Source: Octopus bimaculoides
Taxonomy: Eukaryota
Reading direction: 5' to 3'
DNA length: 64,000 nucleotides
Assembly: GCF_001194135.2 (NCBI RefSeq)
Contig: NC_068999.1
Span: 12,330,929-12,394,928 of the forward strand
A program made the translations under genes and the position numbers. The notes beneath the pieces were generated by a model that did no database searches, was not told where the DNA came from, and saw only the letters and a list, made by a program, of their open reading frames with translations. Positions 26,600-39,375 of the stretch are shown here, piece after piece (positions within the stretch are counted from its first letter, which is position 1; every line of letters starts with the position of its first letter).

Positions 26600-27426
26600 T
26601 TGGGTCATCCCATAAATAACGCGGTTTTTTCATACTTCTTTTATTTTTCAAAATTAAAACATCTTTTTTAATCTAAAATATACTCTCCTTCATTTCTACA
26701 ATGCTCTTCCATCTATCTCGCAGACTTGCACGGCCTCTCTTCCAAAATTCACTTGTCCGTGACGTAAAGTACTCCTCCAGTTCGGTTCTGACCTCGTCTA
26801 CAGAATTCATATTCTTCTCGTCCAAATGATTACGAAGAGTGCCGAATATATGATAATCAGATGGAGCAATGTCCGACGGATATGGTGGGTGAGGCATCGT
26901 TTCCAATTCAAACTGCTTCAGCCTTTGGAATGTCATCCTCCTTGTACGTGGCCGAGCATTCTCCTAATGGAAGAACACCTTTTCTTGAAGCCTAAGATAG
27001 TTGATCAGTTACGATGGGATTTTGTTCCACCAGGGTTTGCAGGACGTCCTCGTCGAGCACTACATATCTTTTAGGATGAGGCTCGTCTTCAAGGCTGTAG
27101 TTTCCGGCTCGAAATGTCTGGAACCACCGATGATACTGGCTGACGTTTCTTTTCTGATCGCCATATACTGCATTAACTTTCCTCACACTTTGTGTTGTAA
27201 CCTTTATTTAACTCATAAAGAAAAACACACCGATGATGCTCCTTTGTGACTTCCAGTGGAGCTTTGTAAAAGTAACAGTTAAGATCGAACTGCATTCTTC
27301 AGAACTTGCGCTAAGAATAACGACAATGTAAAATTACTACCCGCTTTTATAGGAAGTGAATGCAGGTAGTTTATCCCGTCCCCCTTCATGCAATTGAAAA
27401 ACTCTATTATGTATGAGATGACGCTA
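26600..27426 (-). mobile_element. Internally deleted mariner element with both TIRs and TA target-site duplication
   Basis: TA|TTGGGTCATCCCATAAATAACGCGGTTTTT at 26598 and a degenerate inverse AAAAACTCTATTATGTATGAGATGACGCTA|TA ending at 27428. N-terminal NAVYGD...RWFQTFRAGNYSLEDEP...LVEQNP is fused near 27000 to KVFFH*ENARP...HPPYPSDIAPSDYHIF...DRWKSIVE. Confidence 0.9.
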
Positions 27427-27481
27427 TACATAATGGCATGCAACATAATTATGCACGCAGAGAAACACACACACATATGTA

Positions 27482-27600
27482 TTTGGTTGTCCGGAAAGAT
27501 CGTGTCGATTTTTAAGGAAAGAAAAAGGTCAATAAATCCTTACCATTACATTTTTAATCAACCAAATATGAACCATTTTGTTGCATAATGCGTCTCCATC
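27482..27600 (-). mobile_element. 3' terminal fragment of a second mariner family
   Basis: TA|TTTGGTTGTCCGGAAAGATCGTGTCGATTTT is TIR-like; the minus-strand C-terminus reads WRRIMQQNGSYLVD*. Confidence 0.75.
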
Positions 27601-27616
27601 TAATTGATTGTATCGG

Positions 27617-28262
27617 GAACGATACAATCTTTTTGAAAGCGGCTATAAGGGGTAACGAATCGTGGGTCTATGGTTATGATCCTGAAACAAAGCTTAGTTT
27701 TCGCAGTAGAAGACCCGAACCTTTCCGAAACCGAAGAAAGCACGAACTGATGACCGTTTTCTTCGTCTACAAGTCGATTGTATATCAGGAGTATGCTCCA
27801 CCTGGTCAAGGAGTGTTCCCGTGACGATTTGCGGCGTTTGTTGGATGCTATTCATCGGAAAAGCCCACAATTGCATGCGTCCAGTGATTTGCTATTGCAC
27901 TATGACAACGTACCTGCCCAGTCAGGTCAGCTTGTGCAGTAGTCTTTGGTTTAGTACAGCATTCCCCAGGCCCGACAGCCACCGTATTCCCCGAATCTCC
28001 CTTGAAACTCCCTGGCGACTCTTACATCTTTCCAAAAATCAAATCACACTTGAAAGGAACAACAATTTCAGGATGTACAGGAAATCAAAGTGAATGCGAC
28101 GAGGCAGCTGCAGATGATCCCTCAAAATGAGTTCCAAGGATGCTTCCTTTAACAGAAACAACTCTGGATTAAGTACGTGGCTTCCAAAGAGGACTACTTT
28201 GAAGGAGATTAAATACCAAACTGATACATGTTATAGTTTTGTTTTTATAACACCAGTACGGA
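27617..28262 (+). mobile_element. Decayed mariner (DD34D-type) catalytic-domain remnant, third family
   Basis: FLKAAIRGNESWVYGYDPETK, LMTVFF.YKSIVYQEYAPPGQ, LHYDNVPA, QPPYSPNLP, FPKIKSHLKG, EFQGCF, DYFEGD* read across frameshifts. Confidence 0.88.
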
Positions 28263-28289
28263 TATATTTATATATATAGCACCAGTCTT

Positions 28290-28572
28290 CCAGGATTCAC
28301 AGTCCCGATATTTCAATATTATTGAACATTTATAGAGCATTTTAGACAAACACGTACGGGGTCAGTATCGTCTACCATCATCACTACAAGAACATGAGAC
28401 TCTTTTAGCTGAAGAATGAACAATAATTCCTTTGGAAACAATTCAAACTTTGTACGAGTTCATACCTCGTAGAATTCAATTTGTAATTACTGCCAAATGC
28501 GCTTCTATGCCATATTAAAATAAATTTGTTTAAAATTTGAAGGTGTTTCTATTATTTTGTCCAACTCCTGCA
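28290..28572 (+). mobile_element. 3' end of a Tc1-family (DD34E) element including right TIR
   Basis: QSRYFNIIEHL*SILDKHVRGQYRLPSSLQEHETLLAEE*TIIPLETIQTLYEFIPRRIQFVITAKCASMPY*, then GGTGTTTCTATTATTTTGTCCAACTCCTGCA|TA. Confidence 0.88.
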
Positions 28573-28637
28573 TATATATATATATATATATATATAGCCA
28601 CACACAAACAAACACATACACACACATACACACACAT

Positions 28638-28691
<54 letters not shown>

Positions 28692-28912
28692 NNNNNNNNN
28701 NNNNNNNNNNNNNNNNNNNNNNNNNNNNNNNNNNNNNNNNNNNNNNNNNNNNNNNNNNNNNNNNNNNNNNNNNNNNNNNNNNNNNNNNNNNNNNNNNNNN
28801 NNNNNNNNNNNNNNNNNNNNNNNNNNNNNNNNNNNNNNNNNNNNNNNNNNNNNNNNNNNNNNNNNNNNNNNNNNNNNNNNNNNNNNNNNNNNNNNNNNNN
28901 NNNNNNNNNNNN

Positions 28913-28971
<59 letters not shown>

Positions 28972-29864
28972 TAGCATTGGTAAGCGTTCGTGAGTGTGCC
29001 TGTGTCACTCATTTTAGCATCTCGTGATTCAATACAGCTTTGAAATATAAGGTTTTTCTCGATTTCGGGGAAAAAAAAATACGAAACGAAATAACAAAAG
29101 TAATGCCCTATCCGGCTTCATTTGAGATGTGTCTGTGTTCGTGAATCTATGTTTGTTTCTGACTATATGTGTGTGTGAGTGTATATGTGTGTGTGTGCTT
29201 TTCCTTCTGTATGCGTATCTGATATATATGCTAAAATATGCACTTTTATATTGAAATAACGGAATGTTTAATTTGTGCATGCGTTCACAGAGTCATTCAC
29301 ATATACACAAATACATACATACGTATACACATTCATGCACACATACACACACATATATACATTTATATATGTATGTATGCGTTAGTATGTGTGTGTGTGC
29401 GCGCGCGCGTATATATTATCACGCAAATACCCATTTGGACATGTATTTAAACATTATATACTTCTGTTTTACACATATGCTTTCTGAGGCGCTGATGTTT
29501 TTCTTCTTTTTATTTTCATATTTAGAAATATAAAGGATTTAAGAATATATAGAGTTATCGATTCTTTTCATATTCTTTACGAAACTGGGATTTCACGAGA
29601 TTATGCGAAGGTGCTTCTCTTTGAATTATATTTTAACTGTGGTGAAATTACACATTTCTGCGTACGTCTATATAGGCATGAATATGTATGTATGTTTGTA
29701 TGTATGTATGTATGTATGTATGAATGGTTGAATGTATGTATGTATATATGTATGTATGTATTTATGTATTTATGAAGGTGGGCATGTAAATATGAATGCT
29801 TGTATTTATGTCAATATGTATATATGAATGAAAAGATAGAAATATTTACAGATAGAGAAAATCT

Positions 29865-29906
<42 letters not shown>

Positions 29907-29937
29907 TACATACATACATACATACATATATACATAC

Positions 29938-29981
<44 letters not shown>

Positions 29982-30574
29982 ATACACAAAGCTATGTAAA
30001 TGATTATATTTACCTCTCCTCGGAAAAAAAAAATAAGACGTTTGCAACACACTCACAACAAACACTCATACACACACGAATATGCGCCGTGTTTGTGTAT
30101 GTACATGAATCTGTGTTCACAAGTAACATATATTGTCATGTATAAATATGTCCAAAGCGCAGAATTTCTGTGCAATCCTTTAGCCATGATCCTAAAGAAC
30201 CTCTCTTTAAATCCTATAATCCTTTGTGTACTTCCACGCAAAACGTATCCCAAAATACCGAAGCCAGAGAATTTATCAATGCAGAAAACTGTCTATAGAA
30301 TCTTCTTTTGTCATTCAAATGATTAACCCTTCACTATAAGAAGGAAAAAAAAATTAATAATATTTGAAACTAGAAATAATAATAATCAATCCTCGACTCA
30401 GAATTCTCCCTTTTCTTTTTCCTCTCGCTTCTTTTTGTCTATGTCCTCCTTAATCTTTTTGCCTCCCCACTCTTACTCAGACGCCTTCTTCTCCTCAGCA
30501 TCATCATCATCATGAACATCGTCATCCGTATACTCGCTATCGTATATTTCTAATTCCTTTTCTCTTTGCTCTTC

Positions 30575-30660
30575 TTGGAGTGTTTGTTGCTGTTGTTGTT
30601 CTTCTTCTCCTTCCTCTTCATTTCCTTCTTTTTCTTCTTCTTCTTCTACTCCTACTACTA

Positions 30661-30707
<47 letters not shown>

Positions 30708-30830
30708 GCTGCTGCTACCCCCTACTACATCATCATCATGAGCATCACCATCACCACCAACCCTACCACCACCATCATCATCATCATTATCATCATCATC
30801 ATCATCATTATCGTCGTCGTCGTCGTCGTC

Positions 30831-30866
<36 letters not shown>
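30575..30866. repeat. Mosaic trinucleotide array (TTC, TAC, TGC, CAT, CAC, CGT blocks)
   Basis: Read directly; explains the poly-Y/C/H/R and poly-D/S ORFs. Confidence 0.95.
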
Positions 30867-30867
<1 letters not shown>

Positions 30868-32404
30868 CTTTCACCGTTCTTGCCCCTGATATTTATTGTA
30901 TCCATGCTAATTACTAGAACTATTCAATAGTTTACGTTGCTTCAATGCTTTCTTTTTCTCACTCATTCAAATATTGAACCACCTCCAATCACATAAGCCT
31001 TTATTAGACGTAATGAGTAGGCTACAAGCAAAATGTATACCCAAGTATATTACTGGTGACCCAGCAAAAAATATACAGCATCTGGCAAAGCTAATAAAAG
31101 GCAAATGGTAAAGTGAATCAGTTTTATTCATCTCTTCTTTTTTTCCCATGAAAATAGATAACATTTCTATATTTCAGTATCGAGTGATTTTACATCTAAT
31201 CTTATTGGTTCTCATTTTATATTTCCCATAAAAGAGGGACACATTCAAGCATATATACACATACAGAGATAGATATGTACATACATGCCTACAACCGCAC
31301 ATACATACATGCATACATACATATATGCATACATACGTATACAGTGTATTTATAAAATGATTTTAGTGTATCGAAATCAATAAATTTCTTATATTTCTTA
31401 TTGACTAAATATTGATTTGAGTAACTATAATATATTATGAAACGTTACTCAAACACTAGGACAATTATATATATATATATATATATATATATNNNNNNNN
31501 NNNNNNNNNNNNNNNNNNNNNNNNNNNNNNNNNNNNNNNNNNNNNNNNNNNNNNNNNNNNNNNNNNNNNNNNNNNNNNNNNNNNNNNNNNNNNNNNNNNN
31601 NNNNNNNNNNNNNNNNNNNNNNNNNNNNATATATATATATGCGTACATATATATGTATATATGTATATGTATGTATATATGTTTGTGTGTATCTGCAAGC
31701 ATGTATATAAAATAAATATGTACATAAATCTTTGCATGTATGTACGCACAAAGATATATGCATGGAATTGAATAATATATACATTTGTGTCTATGCACAT
31801 ATAGATAGCATATACACTTTCAATTGGATGAATCGATATACACGTAAATGTGTGTATGTGCATGCGTGCACATATTTGCGTGTGTGTGTCTATGCGTGTG
31901 AATTTGTATGTGCATGTGTGTGTGTGTGTGTGTGTGTATGTACTTATGTTAATAAAATTGGATCGCTGCCAGTTTCAATGTTGAACATTTATTTGCTTGA
32001 TCGACTAACTTCCTTGTTGAATTCATGTGCAAGAGACTGAACAATCCATAGATATTTGAAGGTTAAACTTACTTGAGAAACCGAATCACCGTGACATAGT
32101 GCGTTATGTTGGCCCTTGAAATTACTCACAAAATCATTCCGACAGTCTTCCTCGTAGTTTCTACTTAATTTCACTTATATCGTTGTGCCTTAGTCTACGG
32201 TAGAAGTCACGTGCTGAAGACAACACAATGTTGGATCGAAGCCGAAATATCATCGACGCAATCATGGCATATTGATCTTTACGGTTCTGCCATGATAACA
32301 GATAGTGATATTATATATGTATATTGAATGTATGTTATTTATATTCCCTTTATGCAAGAAGGGATAGCTAAACTCAACAGCTGAATAGATATTTTATAAT
32401 TTTC

Positions 32405-32528
32405 ATTCGGAAAATTGCACTAAGCATAACCGTAAAGTAAAATTACTACCTACCTTTAGACAAGGTTGATGCAGGTAGCTTTTAGTTCATGCAATTGAAA
32501 AAATGCATTATTTATGAGATGACCCAAT
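32405..32528 (-). mobile_element. Solo terminal fragment of the same mariner family as 26600-27426
   Basis: TTGCACTAAGCATAAC...AAAATTACTACC...ATGCAGGTAG...TTCATGCAATTGAAAAAATGCATTATTTATGAGATGACCCAATA aligns with 27301-27428. Confidence 0.8.
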
Positions 32529-33197
32529 ATATTGTGAGTGGGGACGATTGACTGCTATCTTTAGTAGGTGCGTGTCCAGTACCGATGGAGGGTAAATACC
32601 CAGAAACAATAGACTACTTGTCTTGCAAAGCTGGAGGGGAATGTTTCGCTCCTTTACCCACAATGTATTGGGCACAGGTTGTGTGTTATTAACCAACTGG
32701 AAAATACGTCTTTCTGGGGTTAAGTTGTAGTAACATAGTTCTCTATAGAACAGTCATGTTATAGTGGCAAAAGGACGTTAGCGTATATANNNNNNNNNNN
32801 NNNNNNNNNNNNNNNNNNNNNNNNNNNNNNNNNNNNNNNNNNNNNNNNNNNNNNNNNNNNNNNNNNNNNNNNNNNNNNNNNNNNNNNNNNNNNNNNNNNN
32901 NNNNNNNNNNNNNNNNNNNNNNNNNNNNNNNNNNNNNNNNNNNNNNNNNNNNNNNNNNNNNNNNNNNNNNNNNNNNNNNNNNNNNNNNNNNNNNNNNNNN
33001 NNNNNNNNNNNNNNNNNNNNNNNNNNNNNNNNNNNNNNNNNNNNNNNNNNNNNNNNNNNNNNNNNNNNNNNNNNNNNNNNNNNNNNNNNNNNNNNNNNNN
33101 NNNNNNNNNNNNNNNNNNNNNNNNNNNNNNNNNNNNNNNNNNNNNNNNNNNNNNNNNNNNNNNNNNNNNNNNNNNNNNNNNNNNNNNNNNNNNNNNN

Positions 33198-33258
<61 letters not shown>

Positions 33259-35340
33259 TCTTTCTGATAATTGGTTGTCAAGGTGGCGATACTGGTAACA
33301 AAGAAATATCATCTTTGATTGCAATACTTGGTAAAATTAAAGCATTTTATGGTAACGATCTACACATATTCTCTTTTATATAAGGTCTCCGAGTAAAAAT
33401 GGGTTTTCATTCGATCTTGCAGCCATTAGTATAGTATTTTTAATGCTCGCTGTATAAGAGAAAAAAAAATTAGTAGCAGTATTTTTCCCAAAATCTTGAC
33501 ATATGAAGTATTATTGAAATACCTTTTCTGTGTTTTTTTAATTGCATTCCATCGTTTATAGACACTGATTGCGGACGATACTGAACTTCCTGTTTGGTAA
33601 AGTTGATCTCCGATTTATGTATAATTTCTGGAGCAATACAAAACAACTTGATAAGGCAAGATTGATTATTTATGAAATTACAGTTTCCTTGGATACAATT
33701 GTTATTATGTTACGTTTTTAGTTTACTTCTAATATACATCATAGCGTTGCTAAATTTTTCTTCTTGTTCAGGTTTGTAATTTTGATATTTCACATTTTAT
33801 TTCCTGTATTTTAATTTCACTTACTCTTATATCCCAATTTCCTTCTTTTATACCTTCATTCCATCTGTTTACACTTGCGTCTCCTATTTTTCTGTTTATA
33901 TTTCAAAGTTCGCAGTGTCTAATAATATATCATATAAAGGTTACACTAGTTGATAATTCTTATACGTGAAAAAGTAATTATTTTCAGACCTGAAGGCTAT
34001 TTAGATAATCGTTGCATATTATATAAGATGAATAAATACTTCCTCATATAAAGAATTCAGCATTTTTTGTAATGTGGATATTTTTGTGTGGCCAAAAGAT
34101 AATAAGAAAAAAGTCGGTTGCTACATTTAAAATCTTAATTACATTTTAATTACAAATTTAATCTATTCGACCGCACAGCAATCTATTCGACCGCACTTTT
34201 CAAGTTCCATCGATTTGTCAGACATAGCAGTAAATTACTCTCCACAATGAATATCAGAAGCCATATGTTTAAGGAAAATATAGCCTTAACATGTTGAAAC
34301 AATTATGGATGGAATGTTGTTGATCACAAGAATTATATTTAGGTTATACATGGGCTGAATAACAACTTCATGATGGATAACAACCAGCTCTTAAGAAATA
34401 AGAGAAACNNNNNNNNNNNNNNNNNNNNNNNNNNNNNNNNNNNNNNNNNNNNNNNNNNNNNNNNNNNNNNNNNNNNNNNNNNNNNNNNNNNNNNNNNNNN
34501 NNNNNNNNNNNNTATATATATATATATATATTCTTATCATATTACCATCGTTACCATGTCGTATTCATAAATTTCAAATTGTATATAATGAGACATCTGT
34601 GATTGTACAAATATTCTTATTAGAAACTACCGAGTTAAGGAAACAAATTTGTTCAGCAATGATGGAAGATCATTCAATATTCTATAATACATATCAGTGC
34701 ATTAACTTGCCTGTAACTATCAGAGATTTCAGTAACATTGCCTGTAAGAATTTCCGGCATATCAAATGAATATTTCGAATTTATCTTCCTTGTATATTAT
34801 TTGATATTATTTGTGTTTTATCGAATTTATATATCAAAGTTACTTGGTATTATATTCAATGCATTCTTCTTAGTAGTTTCAGTAGACGACTTTACTTGTT
34901 AACCTTTCAGCAGGAATGTATTCTGTGTGACAAGTCTTTATACTGAGTGACTTTTACGTATGGCTTCTTAAATAACTTCTATGAATGATTCCTTCATAAT
35001 TACAGATATGTTTCCATGGTTAGTGTTTTTTTTTATGGCTAAATGTTAGAACGATGGCGGTGGTATATTCAGAATGGTGTCGCAAATAAAATACATATAT
35101 TTAATGAAGTGCATGGAATATCTCCGGGATGAGACAATGCATGGGATCTGAGATAAGACGCCATGGTAAAAAAAAACAAAAAAACCTGAGAATGTCGAAA
35201 TATACAAAAAAAAGTAAAATATTATTACTCTTGGTGATCAGTCGAGAAACGATATGATAAAAAATATCACAGTCGTATGTTTTTACATAAAATTTGAAGA
35301 TCACTAAGTTCACAATAGTGATCTCAGTTGGCTTGTGTTT

Positions 35341-35575
35341 CTTATTTCTTTATTGCTCACAAGGAGCTAGCCACAGAGGGGACAAGCAAGGGCAGACAAA
35401 GGGATTAAGTAGATTACATCCACCCCAGTACGTAACTGGTATTTAATTTATCGAGCTCGAAAGGATGAAATTCAAAGTCGACCTAGGCGGAATTTGAAGT
35501 CAGAACATAACGGCAGGCGACATTCCGCTAAGCATTTCGCCCGACGTTCTAACGTTTCTGTCAGCTCGACGCCTT
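35341..35575 (-). mobile_element. SINE-A, full length
   Basis: Reverse complement begins AAGGCGTCGAGCTGACAGAAACGTTAG and matches 35944-36178 including the tail. Confidence 0.88.
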
Positions 35576-35693
35576 ATGGTTTTTAGTTTCTTTTGTGATA
35601 TGACAAATTTTGGGACATTTTGGCTAACGTATCTAAAATATCGAAATTACGACTATAACCTCAGCATTTCTTGTTGTTTAGCTCTTGTGCGTG

Positions 35694-35752
<59 letters not shown>

Positions 35753-35848
35753 AAGAGTGTATGAGAAGAGGTAAATGAAGGTGAACATATCTAAGAGTAA
35801 GGTAATGAGATGTTCGAGAGATGGAATGTCTGGTAGAATGAATGTATC

Positions 35849-35937
35849 GATGGTGAGATGTAATCGACTTAATCCCTTTGCCTGTCCTTGTTTGTCCCTT
35901 ATATGTTTAGCCCCCTGTGGTCAATAACGAAATAAGT
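35849..35937 (+). mobile_element. SINE-A 3' tail fragment immediately upstream of a full copy
   Basis: GATGTAATCGACTTAATCCCTTTGCCTGTCCTTGTTTGTCCC...GTGGTCAATAACGAAATAAG matches 36100-36178. Confidence 0.8.
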
Positions 35938-35943
35938 AGTTAT

Positions 35944-36178
35944 AAGGCGGCGAACTGGCTTAACCGTTAGCACGCCGGGTGAAATTCCTAGCGGCATTTC
36001 GTCTACCGTTATGTTCTAAGTTCAAATTCCTCCGAGGTCGACATTGCCTTTCATCCTTTCGCGGTCGATTAAATAAGTACCAGTTCGGCACTAGGGTTGG
36101 ATGGAACCGACTTAATCCCTTTGTCTGTGCTTGTTTGTCCCCACTATGCTTAACCCCTTGTGGGCAATACAGAAATAA
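35944..36178 (+). mobile_element. SINE-A, full-length tRNA-derived SINE
   Basis: Head AAGGCGGCGAACTGGC...AGTTCAAATTCC (A/B-box-like), central GCCTTTCATCCTTTCGCGGTCGATTAAATAAGTACCAG, tail ending AGAAATAA. Confidence 0.9.
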
Positions 36179-36344
36179 ATATTATCAATTTCCATAAACA
36201 GTGCAGGTGAAAGAAAAATTTACGTGCATCATTGACATGCAAAAAATAAAAAAAGAAATGAAAACTATTTTGAATTGATAATTAAGTAAACACAGTAATT
36301 TTGCCTTGTTATTTTTAATTACAACCATTCTTTTATTCTGTTAC

Positions 36345-36655
36345 TTTTTTTTTTACTTGCTTTTAGTTGTTTGACTGCGGCCAAGCTGGGGCTAACCTTG
36401 CACAGTTTTTAGGGGAGAACATAGACAGCAATACCTATTTTTCAATTCTGACATATATTCTAACGTTCTGTTTGCCAAACTGCTATGTTACGAGCAAGTA
36501 ACAGCTCCACAATGATTGTCAAGCGGGGATGGGGAAACAAACGCATATACACACAAACACAGGTACGCACACACGCACATACTCACACATATACACATAT
36601 ATAGGTATATATGTATGTATACATACAACGGACTTCTTTCAGTTTCCGTCTACAT
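36345..36655 (-). mobile_element. SINE-B, decayed and 5'-truncated
   Basis: Tail TTTGACTGCGGCCAAGCTGG, then TGTCAAGCGG, internal CA-rich block and CAACGGACTTCTTTCAGTTTCCGTCTAC matching the 42626 copy. Confidence 0.7.
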
Positions 36656-37443
36656 TTATTCAATTTATGGATATGTTAATCCACACATATATTAGGGTCT
36701 CTCTCTCCGTCTTTTCCTCTCCCCATCTGATTTCTTTACGCATTCGTTCCTGTAGAAGAGCGTAGATTCGAAACATCAAATACTCTTCCATTTTTCTAGA
36801 ATGTCAAACCAATACACCTTGTTTGGTGTTCCCTCACCTGTCTCTGCCGTTTTTGTACAATTTTAAACAATATATATATNNNNNNNNNNNNNNNNNNNNN
36901 NNNNNNNNNNNNNNNNNNNNNNNNNNNNNNNNNNNNNNNNNNNNNNNNNNNNNNNNNNNNNNNNNNNNNNNNNNNNNNNNNNNNNNNNNNNNNNNNNNNN
37001 NNNNNNNNNNNNNNNNNNNNNNNNNNNNNNNNNNNNNNNNNNNNNNNNNNNNNNNNNNNNNNNNNNNNNNNNNNNNNNNNNNNNNNNNNNNNNNNNNNNN
37101 NNNNNNNNNNNNNNNNNNNNNNNNNNNNNNNNNNNNNNNNNNNNNNNNNNNNNNNNNNNNNNNNNNNNNNNNNNNNNNNNNNNNNNNNNNNNNNNNNNNN
37201 NNNNNNNNNNNNNNNNNNNNNNNNNNNNNNNNNNNNNNNNNNNNNNNNNNNNNNNNNNNNNNNNNNNNNNNNNNNNNNNNNNNNNNNNNNNNNNNNNNNN
37301 NNNNNNNNNNNNNNNNNNNNNNNNNNNNNNNNNNNNNNNNNNNNNNNNNNNNNNNNNNNNNNNNNNNNNNNNNNNNNNNNNNNNNNNNNNNNNNNNNNNN
37401 NNNNNNNNNNNNNNNNNNNNNNNNNNNNNNNNNNNNNNNNNNN

Positions 37444-37485
<42 letters not shown>

Positions 37486-38920
37486 TCAATATTACTTATT
37501 GGATGGAGATAGCTTTAACAACGATTACAAGATATATTCGATGAAAGCTGAGCTGTGACCACATGGCACATATATACCCGATACGTAATCTGAGAAACGT
37601 GAAGATCAAACATTTCGATCATTCGTTCAGAGACGACACGACTCTACATTTACCAGATTACTGGAGGTGGTACCTAGAACAACAGCGGGTATATCGACTG
37701 TTAGTTCGAAGATGAGAAAACTCCGCTGTGATGTAGATGAATCGCTGCAGGTAAAAAATCCGAAGAAATATCATACATATATATGTATTTATGGCTACGT
37801 ACATACTTATGCATGTATACATATAATTGTATATGTATGTGTATGAGTGTCTATACAGACACACAAATATGTATGTATAATATATATATATATATATATA
37901 AATGTATATATGTACTTACAAACATACGTGCATATATCCATATATACATGTGAGTGTATGTGCGTGTATACGTATTATACTTGTGTGCGTTTATGAATGT
38001 ACATGGAAGCCTACACAGGAAAGTAGATTGATATAATTGAATTTAGCATTGCTGCGCCTAAATCCAATGATTTATACCGCGGAAGTTTTTCTGTATAGTG
38101 ATAATATTCACCGAAGTCTCCGTATCTTGACCTCATTGATATGCTCTGAAGACGTACGTACACACATATCGATACGCGATGAAATGTACGCATACATAAA
38201 TACACAATAAATACTCGCAATCGAATCATATTTTTAGACAGATAGACATACACCCCCACACACATGCATATTATATATATATATATATATATATNNNNNN
38301 NNNNNNNNNNNNNNNNNNNNNNNNNNNNNNNNNNNNNNNNNNNNNNNNNNNNNNNNNNNNNNNNNNNNNNNNNNNNNNNNNNNNNNNNNNNNNNNNNNNN
38401 NNNNNNNNNNNNNNNNNNNNNNNNNNNNNNNNNNNNNNNNNNNNNNNNNNNNNNNNNNNNNNNNNNNNNNNNNNNNNNNNNNNNNNNNNNNNNNNNNNNN
38501 NNNNNNNNNNNNNNNNNNNNNNNNNNNNNNNNNNNNNNNNNNNNNNNNNNNNNNNNNNNNNNNNNNNNNNNNNNNNNNNNNNNNNNNNNNNNNNNNNNNN
38601 NNNNNNNNNNNNNNNNNNNNNNNNNNNNNNNNNNNNNNNNNNNNNNNNNNNNNNNNNNNNNNNNNNNNNNNNNNNNNNNNNNNNNNNNNNNNNNNNNNNN
38701 NNNNNNNNNNNNNNNNNNNNNNNNNNNNNCATAACGGCATATTTTGCTATACTACCGCAGCATTCGAGTCAATGCTCTCCTCCCAATTCCGATTCTATGG
38801 ACAGTCTTTAACAACTTCCTTCTGGTTATCTCACCCGAAGAGGAAGACCCGTACACTGTCATGAATATACATCACACTATTCCTTATTACATTAATATTA
38901 TCCTTTTATTCTTTTGTCCT

Positions 38921-39002
38921 GTTACTTGTTTCAGTCATTTGACTGCGGCTATGCTGGAGCACCGCCTTTAGTCGAACCAATCGACCCCCGGACTTATTAT
39001 TC
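38921..39002 (-). mobile_element. SINE-B 3' tail fragment
   Basis: TTACTTGTTTCAGTCATTTGACTGCGGCTATGCTGGAGCACCGCCTTTAGTCGAACCAATCGACCCCCGGACTTATT. Confidence 0.88.
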
Positions 39003-39137
39003 CTTTCCACTGAATACTGTGTATACTTACAGTTTTTTCTATCATTTTATTTTATGTAAACCCCACCGCACATACAGACTTTATGTTTGTCTTTGTATTT
39101 CCTCCCATATCCTTCACCTTGGTGTCAAATAAATGAA

Positions 39138-39150
39138 ATTATTATTATTA

Positions 39151-39214
<64 letters not shown>

Positions 39215-39256
39215 GATTATTATTATTATTATTATTATTATTATTGTTGTCGTTGC

Positions 39257-39305
<49 letters not shown>

Positions 39306-39375
39306 ATTGTCTTTGTTATTTTCATCACCATCATCAACATCATCATCGTCGTCGTCTTCGTTGCTGCTGTTGTAA
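39138..39375. repeat. Mosaic (ATT)n-(GTT)n-(CAT)n array
   Basis: Read directly from the sequence. Confidence 0.95.
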
